Shown: positions 1 through 8,576 of the stretch, piece after piece
Layout of the letters: every line of letters begins with the position of its first letter
Position numbering within the stretch: position 1 is the first letter of the stretch
Assembly (NCBI GenBank): GCA_026398175.1
Contig: JAPLTJ010000121.1
Coordinates: 3,357 to 67,356 of the forward strand
Direction of reading: 5' to 3'
DNA length: 64,000 nt
Source of the DNA: Verrucomicrobiia bacterium
GTDB taxonomy: Bacteria; Verrucomicrobiota; Verrucomicrobiia; Chthoniobacterales; UBA6821
Notes under the pieces: generated by a model
What the model was told of the DNA's origin: nothing
Databases searched by the model: none
Seen by the model: the letters and a program-made list of their open reading frames with translations, nothing else
Made by a program: the position numbers and the translations under genes

Positions 1-219
1 CATTTTGTGGCGCTCTCCTTGCAGCTCGGTTGGGTTTTAATGCTCTCTGGCATCCTTGGAAACCTTTGTGATCGCTGGTTCCGCGGCCATGTCATCGATT
101 TCTTAGGATTTCAAATTTGGAATTATTACTGGCCACCGTTTAACATTGCTGATACTTGCATCTGCATGGCGACCGGATTTTTTCTACTGAGTGCTTTTTC
201 TTCTCAAAGATCGAAGTAA
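1..219 (+). CDS. lspA: Lipoprotein signal peptidase (SPase II), C-terminal part; 5' end lies outside the window
   Basis: The frame is open from base 1. The translation has SPase II C-terminal motifs (GNLCDR, VIDF, FNIADTCI) and a hydrophobic tail. Confidence 0.8.
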   Translation, partial: HFVALSLQLGWVLMLSGILGNLCDRWFRGHVIDFLGFQIWNYYWPPFNIADTCICMATGFFLLSAFSSQRSK

Positions 220-228
220 AGGATGCAA

Positions 229-279
229 GCCAAAGAACGGAATAGCCACAAAAGAACGCAAAGAACGCAAAGAAAAGAC
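229..279. repeat. Tandem-word arm (AAAGAACGC period 9), left partner
   Basis: GCCAAAGAACGGAATAGCCACAAAAGAACGCAAAGAACGCAAAGAAAAGAC starts 10 nt after the lspA stop. It is about three-quarters complementary (hand alignment) to 738-778. Confidence 0.55.
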
Positions 280-300
280 AAAAAATGAGCCGCTAGTGGA

Positions 301-660
301 TTATTTTATTCTTCCCTCATCGAGATCGATGTAGTCAAAGATTGTCTGAATGTCAGTGCGACCTTCATAACCGCATTCCTTGAGGCGTTGTTTGACAAGT
401 TCTGCGGCATCATCATGCCAACCGTGTTTCATCATGAAGGCATTCCAAATTATCATCTCTTCTTCGGTGTGTGCTTTTCCGTTTTTGATGCACCACGCCC
501 AAGCCTCTTCATCAGAGGCTCCAGCAATTGTCACTTTTTTTAAAGCTTCATAATCAACGCCCAAAAAGCGAACGCAAACTCCATCCATTTTTTCTCCAAG
601 ATTAGCAAGATAGGCCTCAGGCAATTTTCCAACTGCATGCAATCGGATTTTATCGAGCAT
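301..660 (-). CDS. DUF5069-like conserved protein
   Basis: 119-aa ORF. The N-terminus MLDK..., the helical acidic body and the W-rich core resemble my recollection of DUF5069. Not searched. Confidence 0.55.
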   Translation of the reverse strand: MLDKIRLHAVGKLPEAYLANLGEKMDGVCVRFLGVDYEALKKVTIAGASDEEAWAWCIKNGKAHTEEEMIIWNAFMMKHGWHDDAAELVKQRLKECGYEGRTDIQTIFDYIDLDEGRIK

Positions 661-737
661 ACGACCAAAGAAGACAAGACTGTGAATTTGATCGTAAGGA
701 CTGCGAGGAATTTGTAAGTCTATTTTTATTTTATTAA

Positions 738-778
738 TTCTTTCTTTGGTTTTTTTGCGGCTATTTCTCTTTCTTCGG
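738..778. repeat. Tandem-word arm, right partner of 229-279
   Basis: TTCTTTCTTTGGTTTTTTTGCGGCTATTTCTCTTTCTTCGG shares the GGCTATT/AATAGCC core with the left arm. A second short partner, CCAAAGAAGA, lies at 661-680 next to the DUF5069 start. Confidence 0.5.
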
Positions 779-1483
779 AGTCACATGATAACTCGCTGGC
801 CAGCAGATTTGGCGGCGTAGGAGCCAATGAACACCGATGAGATCGAGAATGCCATGGCTCATTCTTTTGAAAATCGTATAGTTAGAATTGCCAAAGCGGC
901 GAGGGCGATGGTTGACTGGAAACTGTCCTAACGTGAGGCCTGCATTTTCTAACATCGCAATCATGTAGCATTGCATTTGATTAAAAGGCATGAGAAACCG
1001 AAGGTATTCTTTGCGGATGACTTTGAGCGTGCAGCCTGCATCGCGAACGGTATCGCCAGTGAAAAATTTGCGGACTTTATTAGCGACTTTGGAAGCTATT
1101 TTGACCTGCCAACTATCTTTGCGATTTTTACGATAGCCGCAGACAACATCGTAGTTTTTTGATTCACAAACTAACATCGGAATATCAGCAGGATCGTTTT
1201 GACCATCGCCATCCATCAAGATGCAGAGAGGATGTGAAGCTGCAAGTAAGCCAGCATAGAGGGCTGCGCTTTGGCCCAAATTTTTAGGGAACGAAATCAG
1301 GCGAACATCTTTGAATTTTCTGATCAGCGCTTCAGTTGTGTCACGACTCCCATCATTGACGGCAATGATTTCAGCATCAGGATTGGTGAGGCGTGTTTCT
1401 TCCAAAACAGCAACGACGTTATCTTTTTCATTGTAGAAAGGAATGATGATAGAAATTTTAGGCGAGGGATGAACTTGAGACAT
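761..1483 (-). CDS. Family 2 glycosyltransferase (polyprenyl-phosphate sugar synthase-like)
   Basis: Contains SIIIPFYNE, AVNDGSRDTT and DGDGQNDP (DxD), the typical GT2/Dpm1-ArnC-like core. Confidence 0.85.
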   Translation of the reverse strand: MSQVHPSPKISIIIPFYNEKDNVVAVLEETRLTNPDAEIIAVNDGSRDTTEALIRKFKDVRLISFPKNLGQSAALYAGLLAASHPLCILMDGDGQNDPADIPMLVCESKNYDVVCGYRKNRKDSWQVKIASKVANKVRKFFTGDTVRDAGCTLKVIRKEYLRFLMPFNQMQCYMIAMLENAGLTLGQFPVNHRPRRFGNSNYTIFKRMSHGILDLIGVHWLLRRQICWPASYHVTPKKEK

Positions 1484-1490
1484 GGAGGAA

Positions 1491-1520
1491 GGTTACAGGT
1501 TGTAGGTTACAGGTTACAGG
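1491..1520 (-). repeat. Heptamer arm (CCTGTAA/CCTACAA on the sense strand), 7 nt upstream of the GT2 start
   Basis: GGTTACAGGTTGTAGGTTACAGGTTACAGG fills most of a 46-nt intergenic gap. Confidence 0.7.
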
Positions 1521-1529
1521 AAAAAACAC

Positions 1530-2231
1530 CTATGCTGTTGGAATCAATCCTGCAAGACGCATGGGAGCTTCTGTGCCGTAGCGGGTTTTGATGGGAAGGG
1601 CCAAAATAAAACTTCCCGTTGGTGGAAGGCTGGCGGAGTTGGCCACATTTTCAACAATATATTTTTCGGCTCCCAAGAGTGTTGCGTGGACCGGATAGCC
1701 GCTCTCTGGGCGGTCTGGAGAGAGAGTGTCAATGCCGAGACCGACAATATTTCTTTGCAAAAGAAATTCAGCCGCTTCTTTGGAGACGGAGGGAAAAAGA
1801 AAATTGTTGTGATAGCGCTCTGGCTGATTCCAAAATTGATCCCAGCCTGTTCTGATCAGAACAAAACTATTTGGCTCGATGGCGCCGTAGATTTTTTCAA
1901 AGAGTGCAAGATCATCGAGGGAGACCGAGTAATGTTCATGAGCTTGTGCTGAGACATCGATTGTCACGCAAGGTGCTATCAGGCTGTTAAGATCTAGCTG
2001 CTCAACGGTTGCTTTTCCAATGCTGCAATGAGCTGGTGCATCGATGTGGGTTCCAATACCCGCGTGCAGCTTGAGTTGTTGGACACGAAAAGAAACATCG
2101 CTGGTTGTCAGATCGTAATCAAGTTTTACTTCCTGATGAAATCCACATGAGCCAGTCCAAGAAGGAATGCTTTCATTCAAGGTATGGGTTAAGTCGATGA
2201 TGCGATAAGGAAAAGACATAGAAGAAGCCAT
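1530..2231 (-). CDS. Cyclase family protein / kynurenine formamidase-like
   Basis: Carries the HxGTHxDAPxH metal motif (HAGIGTHIDAPAHC) and has cyclase-family length. Confidence 0.8.
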   Translation of the reverse strand: MASSMSFPYRIIDLTHTLNESIPSWTGSCGFHQEVKLDYDLTTSDVSFRVQQLKLHAGIGTHIDAPAHCSIGKATVEQLDLNSLIAPCVTIDVSAQAHEHYSVSLDDLALFEKIYGAIEPNSFVLIRTGWDQFWNQPERYHNNFLFPSVSKEAAEFLLQRNIVGLGIDTLSPDRPESGYPVHATLLGAEKYIVENVANSASLPPTGSFILALPIKTRYGTEAPMRLAGLIPTA

Positions 2232-2234
2232 TGC

Positions 2235-2536
2235 TGTCCAAAATAAAAAAGGCTACACCGAGACGTCATTCCAGCGGACGCTGGTACGTCATTCGTGCGA
2301 AGGCAGGAACCAAGCGGCTGTGGATCTTTATTTTTGGTTTCGTAAAAGTGGTATGATATCACAAAAGGAAGAAATACTTTCTTTAAAAAGAAGCGATGCT
2401 TTATTTTATAGAACCATTAATTCTGTATTGAAGGTCTCCTGGATTCCAGCGTCCGCTGGAATGACGGTAATGTGTAAATGTGGGCATAATATGGTTAGAG
2501 AAGCCTTTTCTTCTGTTAGTAGATTTTATTTTGGAC
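2235..2536 (+). mobile_element. MITE-like repeat, copy 1 (about 300 bp)
   Basis: Termini TGTCCAAAATAAA ... TTTATTTTGGAC. Internal palindromes lie at 2262-2311 (two tandem variants) and 2451-2477. It aligns along its full length with copies 2 and 5. Confidence 0.75.
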
Positions 2537-2559
2537 CAGAGTCAGAGGAAGCGTAACAA

Positions 2560-3072
2560 TTACATCATAATAATTCCCTTTTCCATGGCGCGTGCCAATG
2601 TTTTCTTGGCATCGGCGCTGTAAGCACGTGTTGGGGCAATTTCATCTTCTTCGTCATTGAGAGTTGCTCCTGTTCTCTCTTTTTTCTTTTTATTGATGGA
2701 AGGTCTTCGTGAGCCTCTTTGTCCAACGGGAGCGAGCATTTGGTCCTGGGCCATGGCTGCTTGAATAGATGACTTGGTGGCGTCATCAACTGTCGTGTAT
2801 TGATTGCCAGCTACTGCTTGGTTTGTTGCGGTTGATCCAAAAACAAAAGCGGTGGAGTCATTAGACTGCATGGAATAACTATCAGGAGCAACGGTTCCTG
2901 GTGCCACGCTAACACTTGCCGCGGTGCCTCCGCTAACGCCCGTAGAAGTTTCTCCCTTGCCAGCAGTCGGAGGTGTTGAACTGTTGGAGGGAGAGGCCCG
3001 ATCGTTATTAAATGCCAGCGATGATTGAATCACTTGTGCTGGAGAAATAAGCGTGATGGGATGGTTGGCCAT
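2560..3072 (-). CDS. Hypothetical Ser/Thr/Ala-rich protein, no signal peptide
   Basis: 170-aa ORF. It is the only long ORF between two MITE-like copies. Low-complexity sequence with no recognisable domain. Confidence 0.4.
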   Translation of the reverse strand: MANHPITLISPAQVIQSSLAFNNDRASPSNSSTPPTAGKGETSTGVSGGTAASVSVAPGTVAPDSYSMQSNDSTAFVFGSTATNQAVAGNQYTTVDDATKSSIQAAMAQDQMLAPVGQRGSRRPSINKKKKERTGATLNDEEDEIAPTRAYSADAKKTLARAMEKGIIMM

Positions 3073-3082
3073 GGTTAAAAAA

Positions 3083-3106
3083 GGTTACAGGTTGCAGGCT
3101 ACAGGT
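3083..3106 (-). repeat. Heptamer arm, 10 nt upstream of the start of ORF 2560..3072
   Basis: GGTTACAGGTTGCAGGCTACAGGT is in the same family and orientation as 1491-1520. Confidence 0.65.
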
Positions 3107-3115
3107 AATCATTGC

Positions 3116-3411
3116 TGTCCAAAATAAATATTTCAAAATAAAAAAACGCTACACCTAGACGTCATTCCTGCGAAGGCAGGAAAGAGGGGGCTGTGGATCT
3201 TTATTTTTGTTTTCGCAAAAGTGGCATGATTTCACAAAAGGAAGAAATGCTTTCTTCGAAAAAAGAATTGAGACTTTATTTTAAGCGATCATCAAGTCTG
3301 TGCCGATAGTCGCTGGATTCCAGCGTCCGCTGGAATGACGGTAATGTGTAAATGTAGGCAGAATGTGGTTAGCCAGGCCCTTTCTTCTGTTGGTAGATTT
3401 TATTTTGGACA
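3116..3411 (+). mobile_element. MITE-like repeat, copy 2
   Basis: Same termini. The first palindrome is the variant TTCCTGCGAAGGCAGGAA (3158-3186) and the second is canonical (3315-3341). Confidence 0.75.
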
Positions 3412-3538
3412 AGAGTGACAGGTAATACTACTTGAAGAAAATTTTTTAGTCATTATCGTCAGATTCAGGTATTCTATCAGGATCATTCAAGATGTCGCTG
3501 ATCAAAGTTGGCTGCAATGATGCTCGGCTTTGTGGTTG

Positions 3539-5314
3539 TCATTGCTGTTGGAGTGCTGGTCTGACAACTTCTTCCATATGATTTTTCAGTGCTTGGAATG
3601 CCGCTTCTCTATTTTCAGGCGTGGCCGAAGCAACACCAAAGAAAAGATCGATGGTTTTTTGCATCGAGGAGTCTTTCAGCAAGGCGTTAGCTAGCTTGCC
3701 ATTAGCTCCAAGAATACGAAGATACTCTGCAGTGGTGGTAGGGATTTTTTTGCCAGCGATAACATCGACTTTCTTTCGATCAAAAAATGTTGCGACCGCT
3801 TGCTCAAAACCTTTTGGATCCAGTAATTCGATGAGGGTTGCTCCAGCGCTATGAAAATCAACTTCTGATCCATAAGCTTTTCGATTAAGAACTTCTGGTG
3901 CGAGAGTATCTGGAGTTCCAGCAAGCTTTGTTGAGTACAATGGATTATTATTTTTGGGCGTGGTTATTGCCCCATTGAGCATTTTACTTCGTTTCCCAAA
4001 GACTCCTCCTAAGCCAGCATCGATGACAGTCAATTTCTGATAGGTTGGGCTTTGTGGATCAGCATCAAACATGAGGTTCTCTGTTTTGATATCCCGATGG
4101 ATGAAGTTACGCGCATAAGTTTTTTCTAGAAAACTAAAGAGTTGTTCTGAAATAGTGTGGAAATGCTTGGATCCATCAAGAGGCAGTTCGCGAGATTCTG
4201 GGGCTACAAGTTTTCGGAGTTCCTGTCCAGGTGCTTTTTCCATCAGTTGACCAAGCAAGGCGACGCTTGTACCTAGAGACAAATTTTGTGTAAAAGCTTT
4301 TACTTGTTCGGTAGGGACATAGAATTTTTTTTCTAGTTCGGTAGGCTCTTTTATTTCTAAAATAAAAACAGCTGTCTTTGCAAAGTGAGGCAAGTCGTTA
4401 AGACGTGATGCTGCAATGTCTCCAGTGCGATGAAATTTGCTAGTAGGGCTAGCAATAAAAACACATTTTTCTTTTTCTTCTTTATAAACATATTCTTTAT
4501 AACCAATGGAAGCTGCATAGACCTTTCCAAAAGCTCCTTGTCCAATTGGTTTGGACGCATCGATTTTTACTCCTTTTGTGATGAGATAAGAAATCAGACT
4601 TATTGACGGTGGTATTTCTTTAGTTTCGGAGGAGGGTAGTGAGGGCAACACGTTGTCTAAGCTTTGGAGGTTTTCATTGTTATTTGTAGCAAATAGACTT
4701 TTGAAATTTTTCCCCAAATTTTGATCATTAGGTGCGCTGGAAAGATATTCGCTAAAGCTGTTTTTAAGTAAATTTAGCTGAGCAGGTGTTATCCCAGGAT
4801 AAGCATTTTGAAGAAGATCATAGATGTACAAATTAGTCGCGGTCTTTTCTGCTTCACTTGGAGCAAACCAAAAATTTTTATATTGCAACGCGGCCCCCTC
4901 TTTGGCTTGTCTTAAGACGAGTGTTCCTTTCCCTTCTAGCCCGCTGAGTGAGGAAAGAAGTTCTTTTGCCTGATCTTGTGAACCCTGAAAGGCGTAACGG
5001 GATACTAGCTGTCTAGCAACTGTTGTTATCTGTGTAGCCTCGTAGTTTGCACGAGGAATCGTAATTTTCGCTCCGGACCAAAAAGAAGAAGTGATGGGGG
5101 TTTTTTCTTGTGCTGTAGCTGCAACACGCGCTCTTTCCTCATTTCCTGGTTGAGAATTTGTCTGCCTCACTCTCCATCCAAAGAACGAACAAAATTTTGA
5201 ACTCCAAGATGACTCAACTGACGAAGTGGTGGAGGCGGAGGCGACGACGGTGGCATTGTTGGATGACGAAGATGCGCTTGCTTTATTCATAAATTTATTA
5301 AAATAATCCCGCAA
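3539..5314 (-). CDS. Hanks-type Ser/Thr protein kinase with a large uncharacterised N-terminal region
   Basis: Has a Gly-loop GQGAFGKVY, catalytic loop HRDIKTENLMF, DAG (DFG-like) and APE motifs in the C-terminal half. The alternative start at 5290 would remove the overlap with the upstream gene. Confidence 0.8.
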   Translation of the reverse strand: MRDYFNKFMNKASASSSSNNATVVASASTTSSVESSWSSKFCSFFGWRVRQTNSQPGNEERARVAATAQEKTPITSSFWSGAKITIPRANYEATQITTVARQLVSRYAFQGSQDQAKELLSSLSGLEGKGTLVLRQAKEGAALQYKNFWFAPSEAEKTATNLYIYDLLQNAYPGITPAQLNLLKNSFSEYLSSAPNDQNLGKNFKSLFATNNNENLQSLDNVLPSLPSSETKEIPPSISLISYLITKGVKIDASKPIGQGAFGKVYAASIGYKEYVYKEEKEKCVFIASPTSKFHRTGDIAASRLNDLPHFAKTAVFILEIKEPTELEKKFYVPTEQVKAFTQNLSLGTSVALLGQLMEKAPGQELRKLVAPESRELPLDGSKHFHTISEQLFSFLEKTYARNFIHRDIKTENLMFDADPQSPTYQKLTVIDAGLGGVFGKRSKMLNGAITTPKNNNPLYSTKLAGTPDTLAPEVLNRKAYGSEVDFHSAGATLIELLDPKGFEQAVATFFDRKKVDVIAGKKIPTTTAEYLRILGANGKLANALLKDSSMQKTIDLFFGVASATPENREAAFQALKNHMEEVVRPALQQQ

Positions 5315-6035
5315 TGATATTTACGATCAACGCTAGGATGGAAGTGTTAAAAAGAAAAGAGAGTAATCCATGTAATAAAACGAGTCGGCGTAATCGATGT
5401 GTGGCAATGCCGACATCGGCGACCTGGCAGGTCATTCCGATGACAAAAGAAAAATAGACAAAGTCCCAATAGTCAGGAAATTTTTCTTGGCCAGGAAAAA
5501 CTAATCCTCCTGTGACGCTCTTTTCTTCTTCTGGATCAGGCTTTGTAGCAGATAATGAGGGATCTCTTGCTGGCGGTAAGGGATGATAAAAAAAATGAGC
5601 ATACAAACTTGCAAAGCGCGTATGAACAAAAGTCCACGAAATTGCGATTGTGATCAGTGCAAAAGCAATGCTTTCGGAAACATGAGGAGTAAATTTTTCT
5701 TTTGCTAAACTTAACAAGAACCATGTTGATAAAACACTGGCAATGGAGGCTAGGATGAGGACGAAAAAGAAAAAATGACGCGCAGTGTCGGTGACGCGCA
5801 GTCGTTTTCTAATCGAGTAAGGATCTTTGGTGAAAATTAAAAACCAAGTTAGTATGATGCTAGTCAAAGCAAATCCATCCCAAGCAACAATGGATGGGAC
5901 CGGAAAAAGAAAAGAGTGATGCAGTCCCCAAAAAAGAAGAAGTGCTATCAAGCATTCGATGGCCCAATATTCATGCAAGCGCAAAAAACAATGGAATCGT
6001 TTTGAAGATTGAGTTATTTTTTTGAACGATGACAT
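5298..6035 (-). CDS. DUF1345 family membrane protein
   Basis: Multi-TM protein with the motif DYWDFVYFSFVIGMTCQVADV, which is characteristic of DUF1345. Confidence 0.75.
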   Translation of the reverse strand: MSSFKKITQSSKRFHCFLRLHEYWAIECLIALLLFWGLHHSFLFPVPSIVAWDGFALTSIILTWFLIFTKDPYSIRKRLRVTDTARHFFFFVLILASIASVLSTWFLLSLAKEKFTPHVSESIAFALITIAISWTFVHTRFASLYAHFFYHPLPPARDPSLSATKPDPEEEKSVTGGLVFPGQEKFPDYWDFVYFSFVIGMTCQVADVGIATHRLRRLVLLHGLLSFLFNTSILALIVNIIAGLF

Positions 6036-6062
6036 TATGAAGCCAATAAATTAACACAAATT

Positions 6063-8279
6063 ATGTTCTCTCGCTCCTTTTTAACAAAGAATTTTTTTTC
6101 GCAGCCCTTAGCGGGAGTGGTGGTTTTTTTAGTGGCGTTGCCGTTGTCGCTTGGTATTGCTTTAACCTCGGGGGCGCCGCTTATTTCAGGACTCTTGGGT
6201 GGCATGGTGGGAGGTCTTGTGGTTGGCTTGCTGAGCGGCTCTCAGGTTAGTGTCAGTGGCCCTTCTGCCGCGTTGGCGGCCATCGTGGCGCAACAAATTG
6301 GGGGGTTGCGTTCCTTTGAAGCATTTTTGTTAGCACTTTTTTTTGCTGGGCTCATTCAAGTCGTTTTGGGCTGTTGCCGTGGAGGCTTCATTGCAGAGTT
6401 TTTTCCCTCGAGCGTCATTAAGGGGTTGCTCGCAGCGACGGGAATTTTAATTGCGCTCAAACAAATTCCCCACTTGCTTGGTTATGATCCTGTCGTTTTT
6501 GGAGATTCTTCTTTTTGGGAATGGGATGGAAACAATACGTTCAGCGCTATTCGGTGTGCTGTTACGCATCTTCAATGGGGAGCTCTATTAGTTGGCGTGA
6601 CCTCGCTTCTTTTTTTAGTACTGAGCAATCGGTTGAAATGCTTGAAGAGCTTGCCCATTCCAGCACCACTGTTCGTTGTAATCATGTCAGTTATTGCTAA
6701 TGGGATGTTAGGACATATAGGAAGTTCTTGGGATATAAATGCTACTCATCTTGTTAAAATTCCTGACATCCCTACACCTGCAGCTTTTTTAACTACGCTC
6801 CGATTTCCAGATTGGCAACAATGGTTGCAGCCTGGAATTTATGCAGCAGCTATTTTTATAGCTATCAGCGCTAGTCTTGAAACATTGCTCAACCTTGAAG
6901 CAACAGATAGAATCGATCCAGAGCAGCATGTGAGTCCTCCCAATCGGGAGCTCATTGCTCATGGAATTGGGAATATGATTCTAGGTCTTATTGGAGGCAT
7001 TCCCGTTACGAGTGCGATTGTACGAAGCACAGCCAACATTACAGCAGGAGGAAGGACCCGTTGGTCAACAGTCACCCATGGTCTCTTTCTTCTTGCCTCA
7101 ATTCTTTTTTTATCCCGTTGGATTAATCAAATTCCTTTGGCGACATTGGCAGCTATTTTGGTGGTTGTCGGCATGAAGCTCGCACAACCACAGCTTTTTG
7201 TGAAGCTTTGGCGCGAGGGGAGCAATCAGTTCGTTCCCTTTTGCGCGACTATTTTGGCCATCATTTTTACCAATTTACTTTTTGGTATTTTGATTGGTCT
7301 TGGGGTTGGTCTTCTTTTCTTACTACATAACAATCTCTATCGGCCGATACACCAAGTCTTGGAGCGGCATGCAGCTGGAGATGTCTTGCGATTGGAGTTG
7401 GCTAACCAAGTGAGTTTTTTAAATCGTCCCTCACTCATGAAGGCCCTCGATGCAGTGCCCGTAAAAAGTCATCTTTTTATCGACGCACGTGCCACGGATT
7501 ACATTGATCCAGATATCATCAGCTTGATTCATGATTTTATTCAATCGAAAGCCAAGGTGCGCAACATCACCGTGAGTCTGCTCGGCTTTCAGGAGAAGTA
7601 TCAACGCATGAAAGATGTTATTCGATTTGTTGACTATTCGACGCAAGAGCTCCAATCTAAGCTCTTGCCAGAGGAGGTGATGGCGATCATGAGAGAAGGG
7701 AATGAACGTTTTTGGCAAGGACGTCCGTTGCAGCGCGATCTTCGTCGTCAAGTTCGAGAAACATCCGAAGCGCAGTATCCGATGGGAGTTGTTTTAAGTT
7801 GTATCGATAGTAGAGCTCCCGTGGAGATGGTTTTTGATGCTGGCTTGGGAGATTTTTTTAGCATTCGCATGGCGGGTCAGGTTGCTAATGAAAGGGAGCT
7901 TGCCAGCATGGAATATAGTTGTGTGGTAGCTGGGGCTAAACTTATCATCGTCCTGGGACATACTTCTTGTGGGGCTGTTGGGGCTGCTCTCGAATTTTAT
8001 CAGAAGAAAACCACAGCCCAACAAGCTGCGGGATGTGAGCATCTTGATTTGCTGTTAAAAGAAATTCAACAATCCATTGATCCCTCAACACCGGCAACTT
8101 TTTCTTCGGCTGAGGAAAAGAAAAAATGGACCAATGAGCTGGCACGACGTCATGTTAGTGCGACGATTATCTTTATCCGTAAAGAAAGCCCTTCCTTGCG
8201 ACGCCTCGAAGAAGAAGGAACAATCGCCATTGTAGGAGCATTCTATGATCTAGCAACGGGGAAGGTGGAGTTTTTGTAA
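6063..8279 (+). CDS. SulP-family anion (bicarbonate/sulfate) transporter fused to a beta-carbonic anhydrase
   Basis: N-terminal SulP TM core plus a STAS-like segment. The C-terminus has beta-CA motifs CIDSR and GHTSCGAV. Confidence 0.9.
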   Translation: MFSRSFLTKNFFSQPLAGVVVFLVALPLSLGIALTSGAPLISGLLGGMVGGLVVGLLSGSQVSVSGPSAALAAIVAQQIGGLRSFEAFLLALFFAGLIQVVLGCCRGGFIAEFFPSSVIKGLLAATGILIALKQIPHLLGYDPVVFGDSSFWEWDGNNTFSAIRCAVTHLQWGALLVGVTSLLFLVLSNRLKCLKSLPIPAPLFVVIMSVIANGMLGHIGSSWDINATHLVKIPDIPTPAAFLTTLRFPDWQQWLQPGIYAAAIFIAISASLETLLNLEATDRIDPEQHVSPPNRELIAHGIGNMILGLIGGIPVTSAIVRSTANITAGGRTRWSTVTHGLFLLASILFLSRWINQIPLATLAAILVVVGMKLAQPQLFVKLWREGSNQFVPFCATILAIIFTNLLFGILIGLGVGLLFLLHNNLYRPIHQVLERHAAGDVLRLELANQVSFLNRPSLMKALDAVPVKSHLFIDARATDYIDPDIISLIHDFIQSKAKVRNITVSLLGFQEKYQRMKDVIRFVDYSTQELQSKLLPEEVMAIMREGNERFWQGRPLQRDLRRQVRETSEAQYPMGVVLSCIDSRAPVEMVFDAGLGDFFSIRMAGQVANERELASMEYSCVVAGAKLIIVLGHTSCGAVGAALEFYQKKTTAQQAAGCEHLDLLLKEIQQSIDPSTPATFSSAEEKKKWTNELARRHVSATIIFIRKESPSLRRLEEEGTIAIVGAFYDLATGKVEFL

Positions 8280-8280
8280 C

Positions 8281-8305
8281 TTGCAGAATAACTGTTTTTC
8301 TGCAA
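8281..8305 (+). terminator. Hairpin after the SulP-CA gene
   Basis: TTGCAGAA-N9-TTCTGCAA forms an 8-bp perfect stem starting 2 nt after the stop codon, with T-rich flanks. Confidence 0.5.
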
Positions 8306-8315
8306 TGTTGATTAT

Positions 8316-8564
8316 ATGCAAATGGTTTTAACAATGACAGAGCGTGGCATTATTTCTCTGCCTAAAAAAATAAGGACTGTTTTAGGTCTTCATGGAAATG
8401 ATCATTTGATTGCTGAGGTAACATCTCAAGGTCTTCTCCTGAAGCAGGCTGTTACGCTTCCTGTCGAGATATATCAAGATGCTCGTGTTCGAGAGTTTGA
8501 TGAAGCTGAAGCAGAGCTTGCTGCCATATTAAAAGCAAAAAAAAAGAAAACAGATCGTAGTTAA
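8316..8564 (+). CDS. AbrB/MazE/SpoVT-type antitoxin
   Basis: Small protein with a SpoVT-AbrB-like N-terminus (ISLPKKIRTVLGL). It lies 12 nt upstream of a PIN gene. Confidence 0.7.
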   Translation: MQMVLTMTERGIISLPKKIRTVLGLHGNDHLIAEVTSQGLLLKQAVTLPVEIYQDARVREFDEAEAELAAILKAKKKKTDRS

Positions 8565-8576
8565 GTTTTCTTTTTT

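Noticed and set aside
2320-2556. 78-aa ORF (and the similar 24389..24571) encoding ...SWIPASAGMTV...
   Set aside because: Both ORFs lie entirely inside MITE-like repeat copies. The peptide is just the translated palindrome, and the reading frame is not maintained between copies.
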